Source: Limnobaculum allomyrinae
Lineage (GTDB): Bacteria; Pseudomonadota; Gammaproteobacteria; Enterobacterales; Enterobacteriaceae
Direction: 5' to 3'
NCBI RefSeq assembly: GCF_016649425.1
Contig: NZ_JADRCR010000007.1
Location: 151,934 to 215,933, forward strand
DNA length: 64,000 nt
The notes under the pieces were generated by a model, which was not told the DNA's origin, ran no database searches, and saw only the letters and a list, made by a program, of their open reading frames with translations. The translations under genes were made by a program, and so were the position numbers. Positions 1 to 14,282 of this stretch are shown here, piece by piece (within the stretch, counting starts at the first letter, position 1; each line of letters opens with the position of its first letter).

Positions 1-12
1 TTGTGTTGTCAT
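1..12 (-). CDS. dmsB: DMSO reductase subunit B, first 4 codons only (MTTQ...), gene continues beyond window start
   Basis: Reverse complement of 1-22 reads aaggagccgccaATGACAACACAA: an SD followed by MTTQ, the canonical DmsB N-terminus. It lies immediately downstream of the dmsA stop at 23. Confidence 0.5.
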
Positions 13-22
13 TGGCGGCTCC

Positions 23-2461
23 TTAAACTTTCGCAACTTCAACTAAGTTTGTATGCTGAGGATTACCTTTCGCCAGCGGTGATGGTCTAAGCGTAGTCAG
101 CACGTTAATGCTACCCGCATGGTCGACACCTTTGCTGTCTGGCGTATACCAGGCACCCTCACCTAATGCCACTACACCCGGCATCATACGTGGAGTCACT
201 TTGACATTAATCTGGGTTTCACCCCGATCATTGAACATGCGGATCATGTCACCGTTTTTAATGCCGCGTTTCTGAGCATCAATTGGGTTCATCCATACTT
301 CCTGACGTGCAGCTGCTTTCAACACATCGATATTGCCGTAAGTCGAGTGACAACGTGCTTTATAGTGGAAGCCGATCAACTGCAATGGATAGTTTTCACG
401 CATAGGATCGTCTGCCCCTTCAAAAGTCGAGACATGAATAGGCAGTGGTGAAATCACATCGCCTTTTGGCAGTTCCCAGGTTTTAGCCATTTCAGCCAAA
501 CGCTCTGAATAAATCTCGATTTTGCCTGAAGGCGTTCCTAATGGATTGGCCTGAGGATCGTCACGGAATGATTTATAGGCAATAAAGTGCCCGGCTGGAT
601 CTTTGCGCTTGATGATTCCCATTTTGCGGAACTCTTCAAACGAAGGCAGCAGCGGATCTTTCTCACAAGATTGTTGATACAGATGGCGCAACCACTCTTC
701 CTGAGTACGGCCTTCGGTGAACTGGGATTCAACCCCCATACGCTTGGCAATTTCAGAGGTCATCTCATAAATAGAACGACACTCGAACTGAGGCTCAATA
801 GCTTTATCGGCAAAAATGACATAGCCCATGTTTCCTGATGAGGCATCCAGACAGAAGTCCATCTGTTCTGAAGTAGTCAGGTCTGGCAGCAAAATATCAG
901 CACAGCGAGCGCTGGCTGTCATGTGGTTTTCAATCACTACCACCATTTCACACTTGGTATCATCACCAAGAATCTCCAGCGTCTTATTGATATCAGAGTG
1001 CTGGTTTAGCATGCTGTTACCAGCATAGTTCCAGATAAATTTAATCGGCTGCTTCAGCTTATCGGTACCACGTACACCATCACGGGTTGCCGTCATTTCC
1101 GGGCCACGCATAATTGCATCGGTCCACAGGAAGAAAGAGATACTGTCTTTAACCGGGTTTTCCAGCGTTGGAAAACGCACAAATGGAATGGCGTAGGAAC
1201 CTTCACGAGCGCCAGTGTTACCACCAGTAATCCCCACATTACCGGTCAGACAGGCTAATACAGCTATCGAACGGGCAACTTGTTCTCCATTCGCATGGCG
1301 CTGAGGCCCCCATCCCTGACAAATATAGGCAGGTTTAGCGGTACCAATTTCACGAGCTAACTTGATAATACGATCGGCAGGAATAGCAGTAATTTTAGAC
1401 GCCCATTCTGGCGTTTTAGCAATACCGTCATCTCCTTCACCCAAGATATATGCTTTATAGTGACCATTGCTTGGTGCGCTTGCCGGTAATGTCTTCTCGT
1501 CATAACCTACACAATATTTATCCAGGAACGGCTGATCCACTAAATTTTCGGTGATCATCACATAAGCCAGTGCAGAAACTAACGCTGCATCAGTACCTGG
1601 CGTAATTGGGATCCACTCATCTTCACGCCCTGCTGCTGTATCACAATAGCGAGGATCGATGACAATCATTCTGGCATTAGACTTTTCCCGGGCTTGCTCC
1701 AGCAGATAAGTAATGCCGCCACCGCTCATGCGGGTTTCTGCCGGGTTATTACCAAACATCACTACCAGTTTGGTATTTTCAATATCAGAAATACTGTTGC
1801 CGGAGCCACCGCCATAGGTATAACTCAGGCCAGTGGTAATTTGCGCTGTACTATACGTGTTATAGTGGTTCAGATAGCCACCGCAACAGTTCATCAGGCG
1901 AGCAATCAGTGACGTTCCTGGCGGCCATGAACGAGTTACCGTTCCACCCAATGTCCCGGTCGCATATTGAAGATAAACAGCTTCGTTACCATAATCCTTA
2001 ATAATACGCTTCAGATTATTAGCAATTTCATCATAAGCCTCTTCCCAGGTAATGCGTTTAAATTTACCTTCGCCACGCTTACCAACGCGTTTCATCGGAT
2101 ATTTTAAACGGTCTGGATTATAAACCCGACGGCGCATTGAGCGGCCTCGCAGGCAGGCCCTGACCTGATGGTCTTGATAGACATCATCACCAGTGTTGTC
2201 TGTCTCAACATACTTAATTTCGCCATTTACTACATGCATACGCAATGGACAACGGCTACCGCAGTTTACGGTACAAGCACTCCAGACGGTTTTAGCCTCT
2301 GGCGCAGTACTGTTACTAACAGTTTCTTCTGCATTCGCGGTACCAAATGGTAATGCAACACTACCAGCCGCTACTGCCAGGCCACCCAATGCGCTGGTTT
2401 GCACGAATTTACGTCGGCTTACCGGCATCAATACTGGATTTTTCTGATCGTCAAGGCTCAT
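23..2461 (-). CDS. dmsA: Anaerobic dimethyl sulfoxide reductase catalytic subunit A (molybdopterin, Tat-exported)
   Basis: 812-aa ORF with a twin-arginine signal (SRRKFVQTSALGG), a Cys-cluster motif (CTVNCGSRCPL) and a full-length molybdopterin oxidoreductase fold. The E. coli-like serS-dmsA synteny supports the call. Confidence 0.9.
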   Translation of the reverse strand: MSLDDQKNPVLMPVSRRKFVQTSALGGLAVAAGSVALPFGTANAEETVSNSTAPEAKTVWSACTVNCGSRCPLRMHVVNGEIKYVETDNTGDDVYQDHQVRACLRGRSMRRRVYNPDRLKYPMKRVGKRGEGKFKRITWEEAYDEIANNLKRIIKDYGNEAVYLQYATGTLGGTVTRSWPPGTSLIARLMNCCGGYLNHYNTYSTAQITTGLSYTYGGGSGNSISDIENTKLVVMFGNNPAETRMSGGGITYLLEQAREKSNARMIVIDPRYCDTAAGREDEWIPITPGTDAALVSALAYVMITENLVDQPFLDKYCVGYDEKTLPASAPSNGHYKAYILGEGDDGIAKTPEWASKITAIPADRIIKLAREIGTAKPAYICQGWGPQRHANGEQVARSIAVLACLTGNVGITGGNTGAREGSYAIPFVRFPTLENPVKDSISFFLWTDAIMRGPEMTATRDGVRGTDKLKQPIKFIWNYAGNSMLNQHSDINKTLEILGDDTKCEMVVVIENHMTASARCADILLPDLTTSEQMDFCLDASSGNMGYVIFADKAIEPQFECRSIYEMTSEIAKRMGVESQFTEGRTQEEWLRHLYQQSCEKDPLLPSFEEFRKMGIIKRKDPAGHFIAYKSFRDDPQANPLGTPSGKIEIYSERLAEMAKTWELPKGDVISPLPIHVSTFEGADDPMRENYPLQLIGFHYKARCHSTYGNIDVLKAAARQEVWMNPIDAQKRGIKNGDMIRMFNDRGETQINVKVTPRMMPGVVALGEGAWYTPDSKGVDHAGSINVLTTLRPSPLAKGNPQHTNLVEVAKV

Positions 2462-3126
2462 AAAATCACCTGTTATTTTATCGTTAGATTATGGGTTTCT
2501 GTTAAATTGCTTCTCTGTGGGAAAAGTAAATATAAAAGGTAGTCAGCAATAGCTAATATCAGGAATAAAAAAGTCAGACTGAATAAGTAATGGCTTATTC
2601 AATGAAGGTATCTGCATCCATTTCACACACTCGATCCTACCTAATCTATCAACTAACATACTACGTTAACATCGCCAGAAATTATTGCGTTCAATCAATT
2701 ATGACTGCATTAAAATAGCCAGAGTCTACATTAGAATAAATAATAATCGGGTTATAATATTGTGATTACATGAACAATTAATGCAATTAACACTATGATT
2801 TATATAAAAAATAAAAGGATAATGAAAATAATTCTTATTTATTGAAGGGGTGTACCATATCCTTTAATAAGAAAATGAAGGTGTTAATAAACTTTATATT
2901 AGATGGAATTCAGACCGTTTCTTATTTCAACTCATCATTAATCAGATAATAATTCTGATAGCAGGAATAAATTAGTATTTGATAAGTAACTATCCAGGGA
3001 TTTCATTTATCTGTTTTAGCTAAATATAATATATCACTTGTTTCAGCCAGAGATATGAACAGATTTTTCCGTAAACAATATGTGTACTATATGAATAAAA
3101 TTGCATTTATTGTGCATATAGTTTCA

Positions 3127-3160
3127 AGCGTATAAAAAAGCCCCGGGGTAAACCCGAGGC
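3127..3160 (-). terminator. Rho-independent terminator downstream of serS
   Basis: Minus-strand RNA reads ggcctcggg-tttac-cccggggc followed by TTTTTT, just 3' of the serS stop (3182). Confidence 0.6.
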
Positions 3161-3181
3161 CATTCGATTAACGAATACCTA

Positions 3182-4561
<1,380 letters not shown>

Positions 4562-4578
4562 TTACCGCAACCAACAGG

Positions 4579-5922
4579 TTAACGGTAGCGTTTTATGGTG
4601 CTATTTTGATCCTGCTCAGCCAACCAGCTCAGCTTTTCTGCAATCTTGGTTTCTAAGCCACGCGGCTCAGGAAAATAATAACGTTGGCCAGCCATTTCCG
4701 GTGGAAAATAATTCTCTCCTGCCGCATAAGCGTTTGGTTCATCATGAGCATAACGATACTCTGCACCAAGCCCCATCTCTTTCATCAATTTAGTCGGGGC
4801 ATTACGCAAATGTTCTGGTACATCAAAATCTTTCTGATGTTGGGCATCCTGCATTGCAGCCTTAAACGCTTTGTATACCGCATTACTTTTTGGTGCACAG
4901 GCCAGATAAACAATCGCCTGCGCGATAGCTCTTTCGCCTTCTGCCGGGCCTACGCGAGTAAAACAATCCCAGGCGGCAATTGCCACCTGCATACCACGAG
5001 GGTCCGCGTTACCAACATCTTCTGAAGCAATCGCCAGCAAACGACGGGCAACATACAACGGGTCGCCACCGGCAGTGATTATTCTGGCATACCAGTAAAG
5101 TGCCGCGTCAGGTGATGAACCCCGTACCGATTTATGTAGTGCGGAAATCAGATCGTAATAACGATCGCCTTTATTATCAAAACGGGCGCTACGTTCACCG
5201 GAAGTCTCTTTTAACAGTTCAGGTGTTAAAACACGTTGACCATCAGCAGAAATCTCGGCCATATCCGCCATCATTTCAAGGCTGTTTAGTGCCCGACGAG
5301 CATCACCACCCACTAATTCGGACAACATGCGTCGAGTTTCATCGGGTAAAACAATATTCTGTTTACCATATCCCCGCTCATCATCATTCATTGCCTGCAG
5401 CAGAACTTGCTCAATATCACCGCTTTCCAAAGATTTCAGCAAATAAACTCTCGCTCGGGATAACAGAGCCGAGTTTAATTCAAATGAAGGGTTTTCAGTA
5501 GTTGCGCCAATAAAAGTAATGGTGCCATCCTCTACATGAGGCAGAAAAGCATCCTGCTGGCTCTTATTAAAACGATGAACTTCATCTACAAACAGAATGG
5601 TTCTTCGACCGGCATCACGATTATTACGCGCCCGTTCAATGGATTCGCGAATCTCTTTAATACCAGAAGTTACTGCGGATATTCGTTCGATATCCGCATT
5701 ACCATAATGACCAATGATTTCAGCCAGCGTGGTTTTTCCGGTGCCCGGCGGCCCCCAAAGGATCATTGAGTGCAAATGTCCAGCTTCTATTGCCCGTGGT
5801 AATGGCTTACCTGGAGAGAGCAAATGACGCTGGCCGATGTATTCAGCCAGCGTCCGGGGCCGCATGCGAGCGGCCAGAGGCTGAAACTCATTTTGAGAGA
5901 AATCGAGTGACAGAGTACTCAC
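4579..5922 (-). CDS. rarA: Replication-associated recombination protein A (AAA+ ATPase)
   Basis: 447 aa; Walker [12 protein letters not shown] and Walker [11 protein letters not shown]; colinear with the MgsA/RarA family. Confidence 0.93.
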   Translation of the reverse strand: MSTLSLDFSQNEFQPLAARMRPRTLAEYIGQRHLLSPGKPLPRAIEAGHLHSMILWGPPGTGKTTLAEIIGHYGNADIERISAVTSGIKEIRESIERARNNRDAGRRTILFVDEVHRFNKSQQDAFLPHVEDGTITFIGATTENPSFELNSALLSRARVYLLKSLESGDIEQVLLQAMNDDERGYGKQNIVLPDETRRMLSELVGGDARRALNSLEMMADMAEISADGQRVLTPELLKETSGERSARFDNKGDRYYDLISALHKSVRGSSPDAALYWYARIITAGGDPLYVARRLLAIASEDVGNADPRGMQVAIAAWDCFTRVGPAEGERAIAQAIVYLACAPKSNAVYKAFKAAMQDAQHQKDFDVPEHLRNAPTKLMKEMGLGAEYRYAHDEPNAYAAGENYFPPEMAGQRYYFPEPRGLETKIAEKLSWLAEQDQNSTIKRYR

Positions 5923-5929
5923 TAAGACC

Positions 5930-6541
5930 TCACTGGCGCTGATCGTCGATGGTCACGCCTTTTGGTGGTGTAAAGGTGAATTTAGCAGCATCAACTGAAC
6001 CGCTTTGCTGGCCTTTTAAGGTATAGGTGCTGCGTTGTCCATCTTGTTCTACCGCAACAAAACCTTTAATGACACCATCACCAGTCACATTAATAGAAAA
6101 TGCTTTAAGGTTGCCTTTAGCTGCCTTTGGTTTTAACTCAAACTCATCGCCTTTTTGCACTACATCATACTTACTCCAGTCAGTAGCGCTATTGCGAGTG
6201 ATCAGCATAAATGGCGTATCACCGGTAACGCTGTCTAACCAGGTTGCCGTTGCCTGCTCAACAAATGGATTAAAAAACCAAAGGGTTTTACCATCAGAGA
6301 CTAAAATACTTTCATCCGGTGAAGTCATATGCCAACGAAACAGGTTAGGACGCTTAACCCACAGTTCACCCTCTCCCTGTTGAATTGCAGCACCGCCGGC
6401 ATCTTTCACTGACTGAGAGAAACTGGCATGAAAACTATTCACCTTATTTAAACGACTCTGCAAGTCTGAACGGTCATCAGCCAATACGGCTGATGACACC
6501 AGGCCAGACATCAGGCAACAGGCGATAAATAATTTCTTCAT
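5930..6541 (-). CDS. lolA: Outer-membrane lipoprotein carrier protein LolA
   Basis: Start set at [10 protein letters not shown] (ATG 6541, SD ggag 6 nt upstream) rather than the upstream in-frame ATG of the ORF track. Signal peptide and LolA fold features are present. It sits between rarA and ftsK as in E. coli. Confidence 0.9.
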   Translation of the reverse strand: MKKLFIACCLMSGLVSSAVLADDRSDLQSRLNKVNSFHASFSQSVKDAGGAAIQQGEGELWVKRPNLFRWHMTSPDESILVSDGKTLWFFNPFVEQATATWLDSVTGDTPFMLITRNSATDWSKYDVVQKGDEFELKPKAAKGNLKAFSINVTGDGVIKGFVAVEQDGQRSTYTLKGQQSGSVDAAKFTFTPPKGVTIDDQRQ

Positions 6542-6730
6542 TGTTGCAATTACTCCCATCTATTATCAATAAAGCGTCAATTAAACGCGTTGAATATCAC
6601 CGCCAACTCTACCTGACAATCACCCGTCGCGTATAGTCTTGAATCAGTAAGTATATGATCTTTTACTTATCTTTTCAGTTAGCATAAGGGCCGCATTTTG
6701 CGGCCCTTAAACAACAGTTGTTGCCTTAAA

Positions 6731-9700
6731 TTAATCAAACTGACCGCGGGCTAAAACCTCCCGGTTACCATTATGCCCCGGAGGACTCACAATACCCTGA
6801 GCCTCCATTTGGTCAATAATGCGCGCAGCACGGTTATAACCAATGCGGAACTGGCGCTGAATTCCGGATATTGATGGCTTTTTCTTTTCCACCACAAAAG
6901 CCACGGCCTGATCGAACAGTGCATCAAGCTCTTCATCCGCTTCCAGTCCAAAACCACCTTCACCTTCTTCTGAGGTTGCTGTGATGCTATCAATATACTG
7001 AGGACGGCCACGCGCTTTCCAGTCCTGAACTACCGCATGAACTTCCTGATCGCGCACGAAAGCACCATGAACACGCACCGGCATCGAGGAGTTAGGTGGT
7101 AAATAAAGCATATCACCCATCCCCAACAAGGATTCTGCGCCACCCTGATCGAGAATGGTTCGCGAATCAATCTTGCTTGATACGGTAAATGCCATACGGG
7201 TTGGAATGTTAGCCTTAATCAGACCCGTTATCACATCTACTGATGGACGCTGGGTTGCCAACACCAGATGAATACCTGCAGCACGAGCTTTTTGTGCCAG
7301 ACGAGCAATCAACTCTTCAACTTTCTTGCCTACCGCCATCATCAGATCGGCAAATTCATCAACCAATACGACGATATAAGGCAGTTTTTCCAGCATTGGT
7401 GGTGATACATCCATGCTTTCGCTTGGCTTCCAGAATGGATCCGGTATTGGACGACCCAGACGTTCAGCCTCTTCAACCCTTTCGTTGTATCCCGCCAGGT
7501 TTCTTACCCCAAGGGCAGACATCAACTTATAGCGACGTTCCATCTCGCCAACACACCAGCGAAGCGCATTGGCGGCGTCTTTCATATCAGTAACCACTTC
7601 GGTTAGCAGGTGAGGAATTCCCTCATAAACTGATAACTCCAGCATTTTGGGGTCGATCATAATAAAGCGAACATCTTCTGGCTTAGCTTTATACAGCATG
7701 CTCAGAATCATGGCGTTCACACCTACCGATTTACCTGAACCTGTCGTACCAGCTACCAGTAAATGAGGCATTTTAGCCAAATCGGCAACCACTGGTTGCC
7801 CCGAAATATCTTTACCTAACACCACAGTAAGTGGAGAAGGCGTGTCGGTAAACTCTGGAGTATCCAGCACTTCACGCATATAAACCGTTTGGCGACGTTC
7901 ATTTGGCAATTCCAGACCAACATAGGGCTTGCCCGGAATAACCTCTACCACACGCACCGCCGTTACCGACAGCGAACGAGCTAAATCTCGCGCCAAACTG
8001 GAAATTCGGGACGCTTTCACGCCCGGCGCTAAATCTAATTCAAAACGAGTAATCACCGGCCCCGGCAAAATATCAACCACATGTGCTTTAACTCGGAAAT
8101 CGGCAAGGCGACGCTCCAGTAAACGAGCGGTCTCTTCTAGCGCTTCCACATCTACCGGATCCTGATTCAATGGAGGTGAAGCCAGTAAATCAAGAGAAGG
8201 TAGTGGCGTAGTTGGTTTTTCTAACGGCCGTTCATTACGCATCAGGAACGGATGAATTAAGCCGTCCATTGAAGGCTGAGCGGGTTGTGGCTCTTCTTTA
8301 GGCGCTACAGGTTGGAAAGGTGATGGCGTTTGTGATGTTACATTCACACCATGCGATGACTGCGTATAACCTGACGCTGTAACCGGTGCCTGTGGCACTG
8401 GAGCTACCGGACGTTCAACAGGTTGTTGATAACCATAAGATGAAGTAACCGACTGCGTAACGTCATTGATATTACCAAAAGGAACATCATCAGTGCGTTC
8501 TACGTCACCTACCTGGGAAGGTAAGGTAAACAGTGGTTCAACTGGACGTTCATCAGGAACCTCATCGTCAACATCATCCCGGGCAGAAATACCGTACAGT
8601 GGGTTATCGACCATATCCTCATCGTTATCATCATCCTGATAACGATCACCATAGCGTTGACGCTGTTCTTCTTCAAACGCCCTTCTCAATGCTTCTTGCT
8701 CTATCGCCTCATCATCGTCTTCACTAACAGCGAAGTCATTCACCATTGGCTTATTACGGTTAAGACGATCGCGTTCACGCTGCTCCGCCTCCCGTTGTGA
8801 CGGCAGTTTAATCCCATAGGAAGCAAGTTCGCGGCGAGTGGGGATTCGAACAGGATTTGGACGCGGAAGCTCTGGGCCAACCCCCTGTTTAACCTGCGGC
8901 TGACTACCGGCTACAGGAGTAAACGTCATGGTTGGCACAGATGAAGTAGCTGTTCCTGCGGCAGCGGCCGTGACAGCAGCCGTTGCTGCACCAAATGTCA
9001 GGTTGCTTGATAATGCATCCGTATTTGGTGATGTATTATCCTGTGCCGTTGCATCAAAATCTCCCGATATCAACGGCTCTGTTGGTTCATCTGGTGATGT
9101 ATCAGCAACAACCGGTGGATTAATCGGAGAATAAGGATTAGTGAACTCGCTACGCTGAGTTTCTGACGGGTTAACGGTTACCGTCTGTGGTTCAGAATTG
9201 CTGAAAGTATAGGTTGTCGGACCAAAAGAAATCGCCGGTTGTTCTGACGAAGAAATCGTTGGTTCAGCGGGAACCTCGGGCTCATGTTGAACAGGTGCGT
9301 GACTTTCGTTATTCATCCTGTCAGTCACAAGATCTACCGAACCAAATGTTGCTGGTTCAGGTGATTCTTGTAGTTCAGGCAAATCGTCCAGCGCTGCATT
9401 AAAAGTAAACTCCTGCTGCAGTTCATTGACCTCTGCGTCATCATCAGCCTGAGTCAACTCATCGTCAGATCTTACGCCTGGCGCAGTAAACAAAACATCA
9501 TCCGCTGCGGTCGCAGCAAAAGAAGAAGCGCCAACGGTAGAGGTGATGACGTTGTCATTAACGTTATCCTGATCGTAATCGGTAACATCACGCTCTTTGC
9601 GAGTTTTATTTGAGGCAAAGGTCAGGATACCCATAACAAAGGCACCTATCTTTTCAGCAATCGTTAACCATGACCAGCCGGTAAACAGTGTTAGCCCTAC

Positions 9701-10216
9701 AGCCCATACGCTGAGCAAAATCAGTGTCGCACCTACGCTGTTAAAATGAGGTAACAACGCACTATTGATCAAACTACCAATCACACCGCCGGAGGCAAAA
9801 TAGTACCAGTCATCAATACTGATAGCCGACAGGCCACAGGATGAAAAAATCAGAGCTAGCAGCCCGATAAAGCGTAGTGAAAAGGAGAATAGATCAACGG
9901 CTTTCTGCTCACGCTCGTGGCGATACAGCATCCAGCACTGAAAAACGATCATTGGCGGTACGGCATAGGCCAGCACCCCAAAAATAAATAACAGGGTATC
10001 TGCCAGCCAGGCTCCGGTTTCACCACCTATATTATGAATAGGTTCGTGCCAGGCTGTTTGTGACCAGCTAGGGTCGGCAGGATTAAAACTAATTAACGCC
10101 ACCATAAGGTAAATGGAGAAAATAACCACCAATAATAAACCAGCTTCAAAAAGCCGCTGGCGGCTACTTAACTTCTTCAACTTAGGCTCTTTATCTTCTA
10201 TATATTCCTGGCTCAA
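6731..10216 (-). CDS. ftsK: DNA translocase FtsK
   Basis: 1161 aa with N-terminal TM helices, a long Pro/Gln/acidic low-complexity linker, a C-terminal motor with Walker A GTTGSGKS and the gamma domain. Confidence 0.95.
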   Translation of the reverse strand: MSQEYIEDKEPKLKKLSSRQRLFEAGLLLVVIFSIYLMVALISFNPADPSWSQTAWHEPIHNIGGETGAWLADTLLFIFGVLAYAVPPMIVFQCWMLYRHEREQKAVDLFSFSLRFIGLLALIFSSCGLSAISIDDWYYFASGGVIGSLINSALLPHFNSVGATLILLSVWAVGLTLFTGWSWLTIAEKIGAFVMGILTFASNKTRKERDVTDYDQDNVNDNVITSTVGASSFAATAADDVLFTAPGVRSDDELTQADDDAEVNELQQEFTFNAALDDLPELQESPEPATFGSVDLVTDRMNNESHAPVQHEPEVPAEPTISSSEQPAISFGPTTYTFSNSEPQTVTVNPSETQRSEFTNPYSPINPPVVADTSPDEPTEPLISGDFDATAQDNTSPNTDALSSNLTFGAATAAVTAAAAGTATSSVPTMTFTPVAGSQPQVKQGVGPELPRPNPVRIPTRRELASYGIKLPSQREAEQRERDRLNRNKPMVNDFAVSEDDDEAIEQEALRRAFEEEQRQRYGDRYQDDDNDEDMVDNPLYGISARDDVDDEVPDERPVEPLFTLPSQVGDVERTDDVPFGNINDVTQSVTSSYGYQQPVERPVAPVPQAPVTASGYTQSSHGVNVTSQTPSPFQPVAPKEEPQPAQPSMDGLIHPFLMRNERPLEKPTTPLPSLDLLASPPLNQDPVDVEALEETARLLERRLADFRVKAHVVDILPGPVITRFELDLAPGVKASRISSLARDLARSLSVTAVRVVEVIPGKPYVGLELPNERRQTVYMREVLDTPEFTDTPSPLTVVLGKDISGQPVVADLAKMPHLLVAGTTGSGKSVGVNAMILSMLYKAKPEDVRFIMIDPKMLELSVYEGIPHLLTEVVTDMKDAANALRWCVGEMERRYKLMSALGVRNLAGYNERVEEAERLGRPIPDPFWKPSESMDVSPPMLEKLPYIVVLVDEFADLMMAVGKKVEELIARLAQKARAAGIHLVLATQRPSVDVITGLIKANIPTRMAFTVSSKIDSRTILDQGGAESLLGMGDMLYLPPNSSMPVRVHGAFVRDQEVHAVVQDWKARGRPQYIDSITATSEEGEGGFGLEADEELDALFDQAVAFVVEKKKPSISGIQRQFRIGYNRAARIIDQMEAQGIVSPPGHNGNREVLARGQFD

Positions 10217-10344
10217 GAAAGGCTCTCCAGGTTACCGTAGTACCGAGTAATAAAACGGCAGCGCCAGGAGTACCCAGCGCTGAAACTGTATGAATACACA
10301 GGAGTGTAACGGAAGTTAGCAGATTTTGCACCTGCAACGATGAA

Positions 10345-10839
10345 TTATCGTGTTTTGATAACTAAGTGGTTACTTTGTTTGACTTCTTCCATTACTACAT
10401 AAGTACGCGTATCGTTTACACCCGGTAAGCGCAACAGCGTCTCACCTAACAGTTTTCTGTATGCAGACATATCTGATACACGAGTTTTCAGAAGATAGTC
10501 AAAGTCACCGGATACCAGATGACACTCCTGAATTTCTTCCAATTTTTGCACAGCCGTATTGAACTGTTCAAACACATCTGCTGCGCCACGGTTTAAGGTG
10601 ATTTCCACAAACACTAACAGCGATGCGTCCAGATAGTGTGGATTTAATAACGCCGTATAACCTTGAATAAATTTTTGTCTTTCCAGACGACGTACGCGCT
10701 CCAAACATGGAGTTGGAGATAAGCCAACGCGTTTTGACAGTTCAACGTTGGAAATGCGACCATCCAGTTGTAATTCATTCAAAATATTACGGTCAATGCG
10801 ATCAAGATCTTTGCTAGGGCGTTTTTTATTGTCTACCAT
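10345..10839 (-). CDS. lrp: Leucine-responsive regulatory protein (AsnC/Lrp family)
   Basis: 164 aa, essentially colinear with E. coli Lrp, with HTH and RAM domains. Confidence 0.95.
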   Translation of the reverse strand: MVDNKKRPSKDLDRIDRNILNELQLDGRISNVELSKRVGLSPTPCLERVRRLERQKFIQGYTALLNPHYLDASLLVFVEITLNRGAADVFEQFNTAVQKLEEIQECHLVSGDFDYLLKTRVSDMSAYRKLLGETLLRLPGVNDTRTYVVMEEVKQSNHLVIKTR

Positions 10840-11362
10840 TTTTTTTCTCTCAATATCTTCCTTGTTTCTGATACACCATTATCTATCCAAAAGATATCTG
10901 GCGCCTCCGTTCAGGCCAATCTTGTAGTTACCAGGTAAATCTGCCATCAGGCAGTTTCTCGTTACCGTTTTTCGCACAATAACGAAGCATTACATCAACT
11001 GGATTAACTAAAACTAACAACCTAAAACATACCACTATTGTGATCCGCGAAGTTCCGCAATTCTACGCTAAACTATCATTTGAACATATCGTATTATGCG
11101 GTCAATCTATATAAATAAAGTGTATGTATCTATCATCTTGCCAAATTATCTATACACTGTTGCTTTATTAATATAATTACCAGCGTAATCACAGAATAAT
11201 GTTTTCGCAAATAGCTACCTTATTGTCAAAGCAAATGATTAAAAAAAAGCACAATTCTCTATAAAAATCCGTTTCGGCTTCATTTTTAATCTAAAAATCA
11301 TTTTTTGATAGATAAAAGCTATCACATCGATTGGTAACAATGTAGCTAATAACTTTTTTTAA

Positions 11363-12379
<1,017 letters not shown>

Positions 12380-12417
12380 TAGCTATTGTGTGAACTGAAA
12401 GTGTGACACAACATAAC

Positions 12418-12446
12418 AAGGCGGCTAATGGCCGCCTTCTTGTTTC
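12418..12446 (+). terminator. Rho-independent terminator after trxB
   Basis: Hairpin ggcggc-taatg-gccgcc followed by ttcttgtttc. Confidence 0.6.
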
Positions 12447-12501
12447 ATGGATACTAATGGTATCCTAAGCCCAACTTTAGTTATCAGAACCAGTCTATTT
12501 T

Positions 12502-14280
12502 ATGTCTAATATGAATAAGGTACGGCAACGTGAGTTAACACGTTGGTTAAAGTCTCAGGGTATTCTGGCTCAGCGCTGGTTACGGATATCTACCCTGTTA
12601 GGACTACTCAGCGGATTGTTAATCATTGCGCAGGCCTGGTTACTGGCAACTCTGCTGCACTCGCTGATTATTGAAAATATCCCCCGCAACGAGTTACTTA
12701 ATTATTTTCTGTTGATTGTGGTCACCATCGTGCTGCGTGCAGTGCTGGCCTGGTTTCGTGAGCGGGTTGGTTTTATGTATGGCGCAGCGATACGTCAACA
12801 CATTCGTCGTCAGGTGCTAAATCGCCTTGAACAACTTGGCCCAGCCTGGATTCAGGGGAAGCCAGCAGGTAGCTGGGCCACCATGATTCTTGAACAGATT
12901 GAAGATATGCAGGATTTTTACTCCCGCTATCAGCCTCAAATGATGTTAGCGGTGATTATCCCGCTGTTAATTCTGGCCACTGTATTCCCTATTAACTGGA
13001 CTGCCGGTCTGATCTTACTGACCACTGCCCCACTTATTCCAATATTTATGGCGTTGGTCGGCATGGGTGCGGCGGATGCGAATCGACGTAACTTCATTGC
13101 ACTGGCACGTTTGAGTGGTAACTTTCTTGACCGATTAAAGGGTCTGGAAACCTTGAGATTGTTCCACCGTGCAAAAGCGGAAACGGAACAAATTGCTCAG
13201 GCCTCAGAAGACTTCCGTTCACGTACCATGGATGTGTTAAAGCTGGCCTTCCTCTCTTCCGCTGTTTTAGAGTTTTTTGCTTCAGTATCTATTGCTGTGG
13301 CTGCGGTTTATTTTGGCTTCTCATATCTGGGGGAACTGAATTTTGGCTCATACGGTTTGCCGGTTACGCTATTCGCCGGATTTCTGGTATTGATTCTGGC
13401 GCCAGAGTTTTTCCAGCCGCTGCGGGATTTAGGAACCTATTACCATGCCAAAGCACAGGCTATTGGTGCCGCTGAATCTCTGCAAACCTTCTTACAATCA
13501 GAATCAACACAGTCTAACGGTGAAGGTACTCAAGATTTAGTCCAATGTGATCAGGTCACCATCAAAGCAACAAACCTGCATATCCTCTCTCCACAGGGAA
13601 AAAGCCTGGCTGGCCCACTCAATTTTATCTTAACTCCCAACCAGCGTATCGCGATTGTCGGGCATAGTGGCGCAGGTAAAAGCTCTTTGCTTAATTTGTT
13701 ATTAGGATTTTTACCCTATCAGGGTTCGATCACTATTAATGATATTGAGTTGAGCTCTCTTCGCCCTGCTTCATGGCGAAGAGAGCTCAGTTGGGTGGGA
13801 CAAAACCCTCACCTGCCGGAGCAAACGCTGCGTGGAAATATTTTATTGTCTAATCCACAAGCTACCGATGAGGCTCTAAAGCTGGCAATACAGCGAGCCT
13901 ATATTGATGAATTTGTGACACAGCTTCCTGATGGACTGGATACCGTAGTCGGCGATCATGCGGCCAGACTATCTGTAGGTCAGGCCCAACGAGTCGCCGT
14001 TGCCCGGGCACTATTATCCCCCTGTCACTTATTGCTGTTGGATGAACCCACCGCCAGTCTTGACGCCAACAGTGAACGTCTGGTGATGAAAGCCTTAAAT
14101 GAAGCCTCGCTCCACCAAACCACTTTGCTGGTTACCCATCGTCTCGAAGATCTTGAAGGTTACGATCAGATTTGGGTGATGGATAAAGGCCAAATCATTG
14201 AACGGGGAGATTTTATGACTCTCAGCCAGTCAGGTGGCGCGTTTGCCGCTTTAATGTCTAACCGAAATGCAGAGGTCTGA
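12502..14280 (+). CDS. cydD: Cysteine/glutathione ABC exporter subunit CydD (cytochrome bd biogenesis)
   Basis: 592 aa with a TMD plus ABC NBD. Walker A GHSGAGKSS, signature LSVGQAQR, Walker B LLLDEPT. Confidence 0.92.
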   Translation: MSNMNKVRQRELTRWLKSQGILAQRWLRISTLLGLLSGLLIIAQAWLLATLLHSLIIENIPRNELLNYFLLIVVTIVLRAVLAWFRERVGFMYGAAIRQHIRRQVLNRLEQLGPAWIQGKPAGSWATMILEQIEDMQDFYSRYQPQMMLAVIIPLLILATVFPINWTAGLILLTTAPLIPIFMALVGMGAADANRRNFIALARLSGNFLDRLKGLETLRLFHRAKAETEQIAQASEDFRSRTMDVLKLAFLSSAVLEFFASVSIAVAAVYFGFSYLGELNFGSYGLPVTLFAGFLVLILAPEFFQPLRDLGTYYHAKAQAIGAAESLQTFLQSESTQSNGEGTQDLVQCDQVTIKATNLHILSPQGKSLAGPLNFILTPNQRIAIVGHSGAGKSSLLNLLLGFLPYQGSITINDIELSSLRPASWRRELSWVGQNPHLPEQTLRGNILLSNPQATDEALKLAIQRAYIDEFVTQLPDGLDTVVGDHAARLSVGQAQRVAVARALLSPCHLLLLDEPTASLDANSERLVMKALNEASLHQTTLLVTHRLEDLEGYDQIWVMDKGQIIERGDFMTLSQSGGAFAALMSNRNAEV

Positions 14281-14282
14281 AA

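Noticed and set aside
587-2447. Several 60-85-aa plus-strand ORFs inside dmsA (587-838, 828-1028, 1694-1912, 2168-2447)
   Set aside because: They are fully embedded antisense to a well-supported 812-aa gene. They have no RBS and their composition is typical of shadow ORFs.
6688-6712. Hairpin aagggccgc-atttt-gcggccctt downstream of ftsK as a terminator
   Set aside because: There is no U-tract on either strand. ftsK and lolA are co-transcribed in relatives. It is a possible RNA structure but not a confident terminator.
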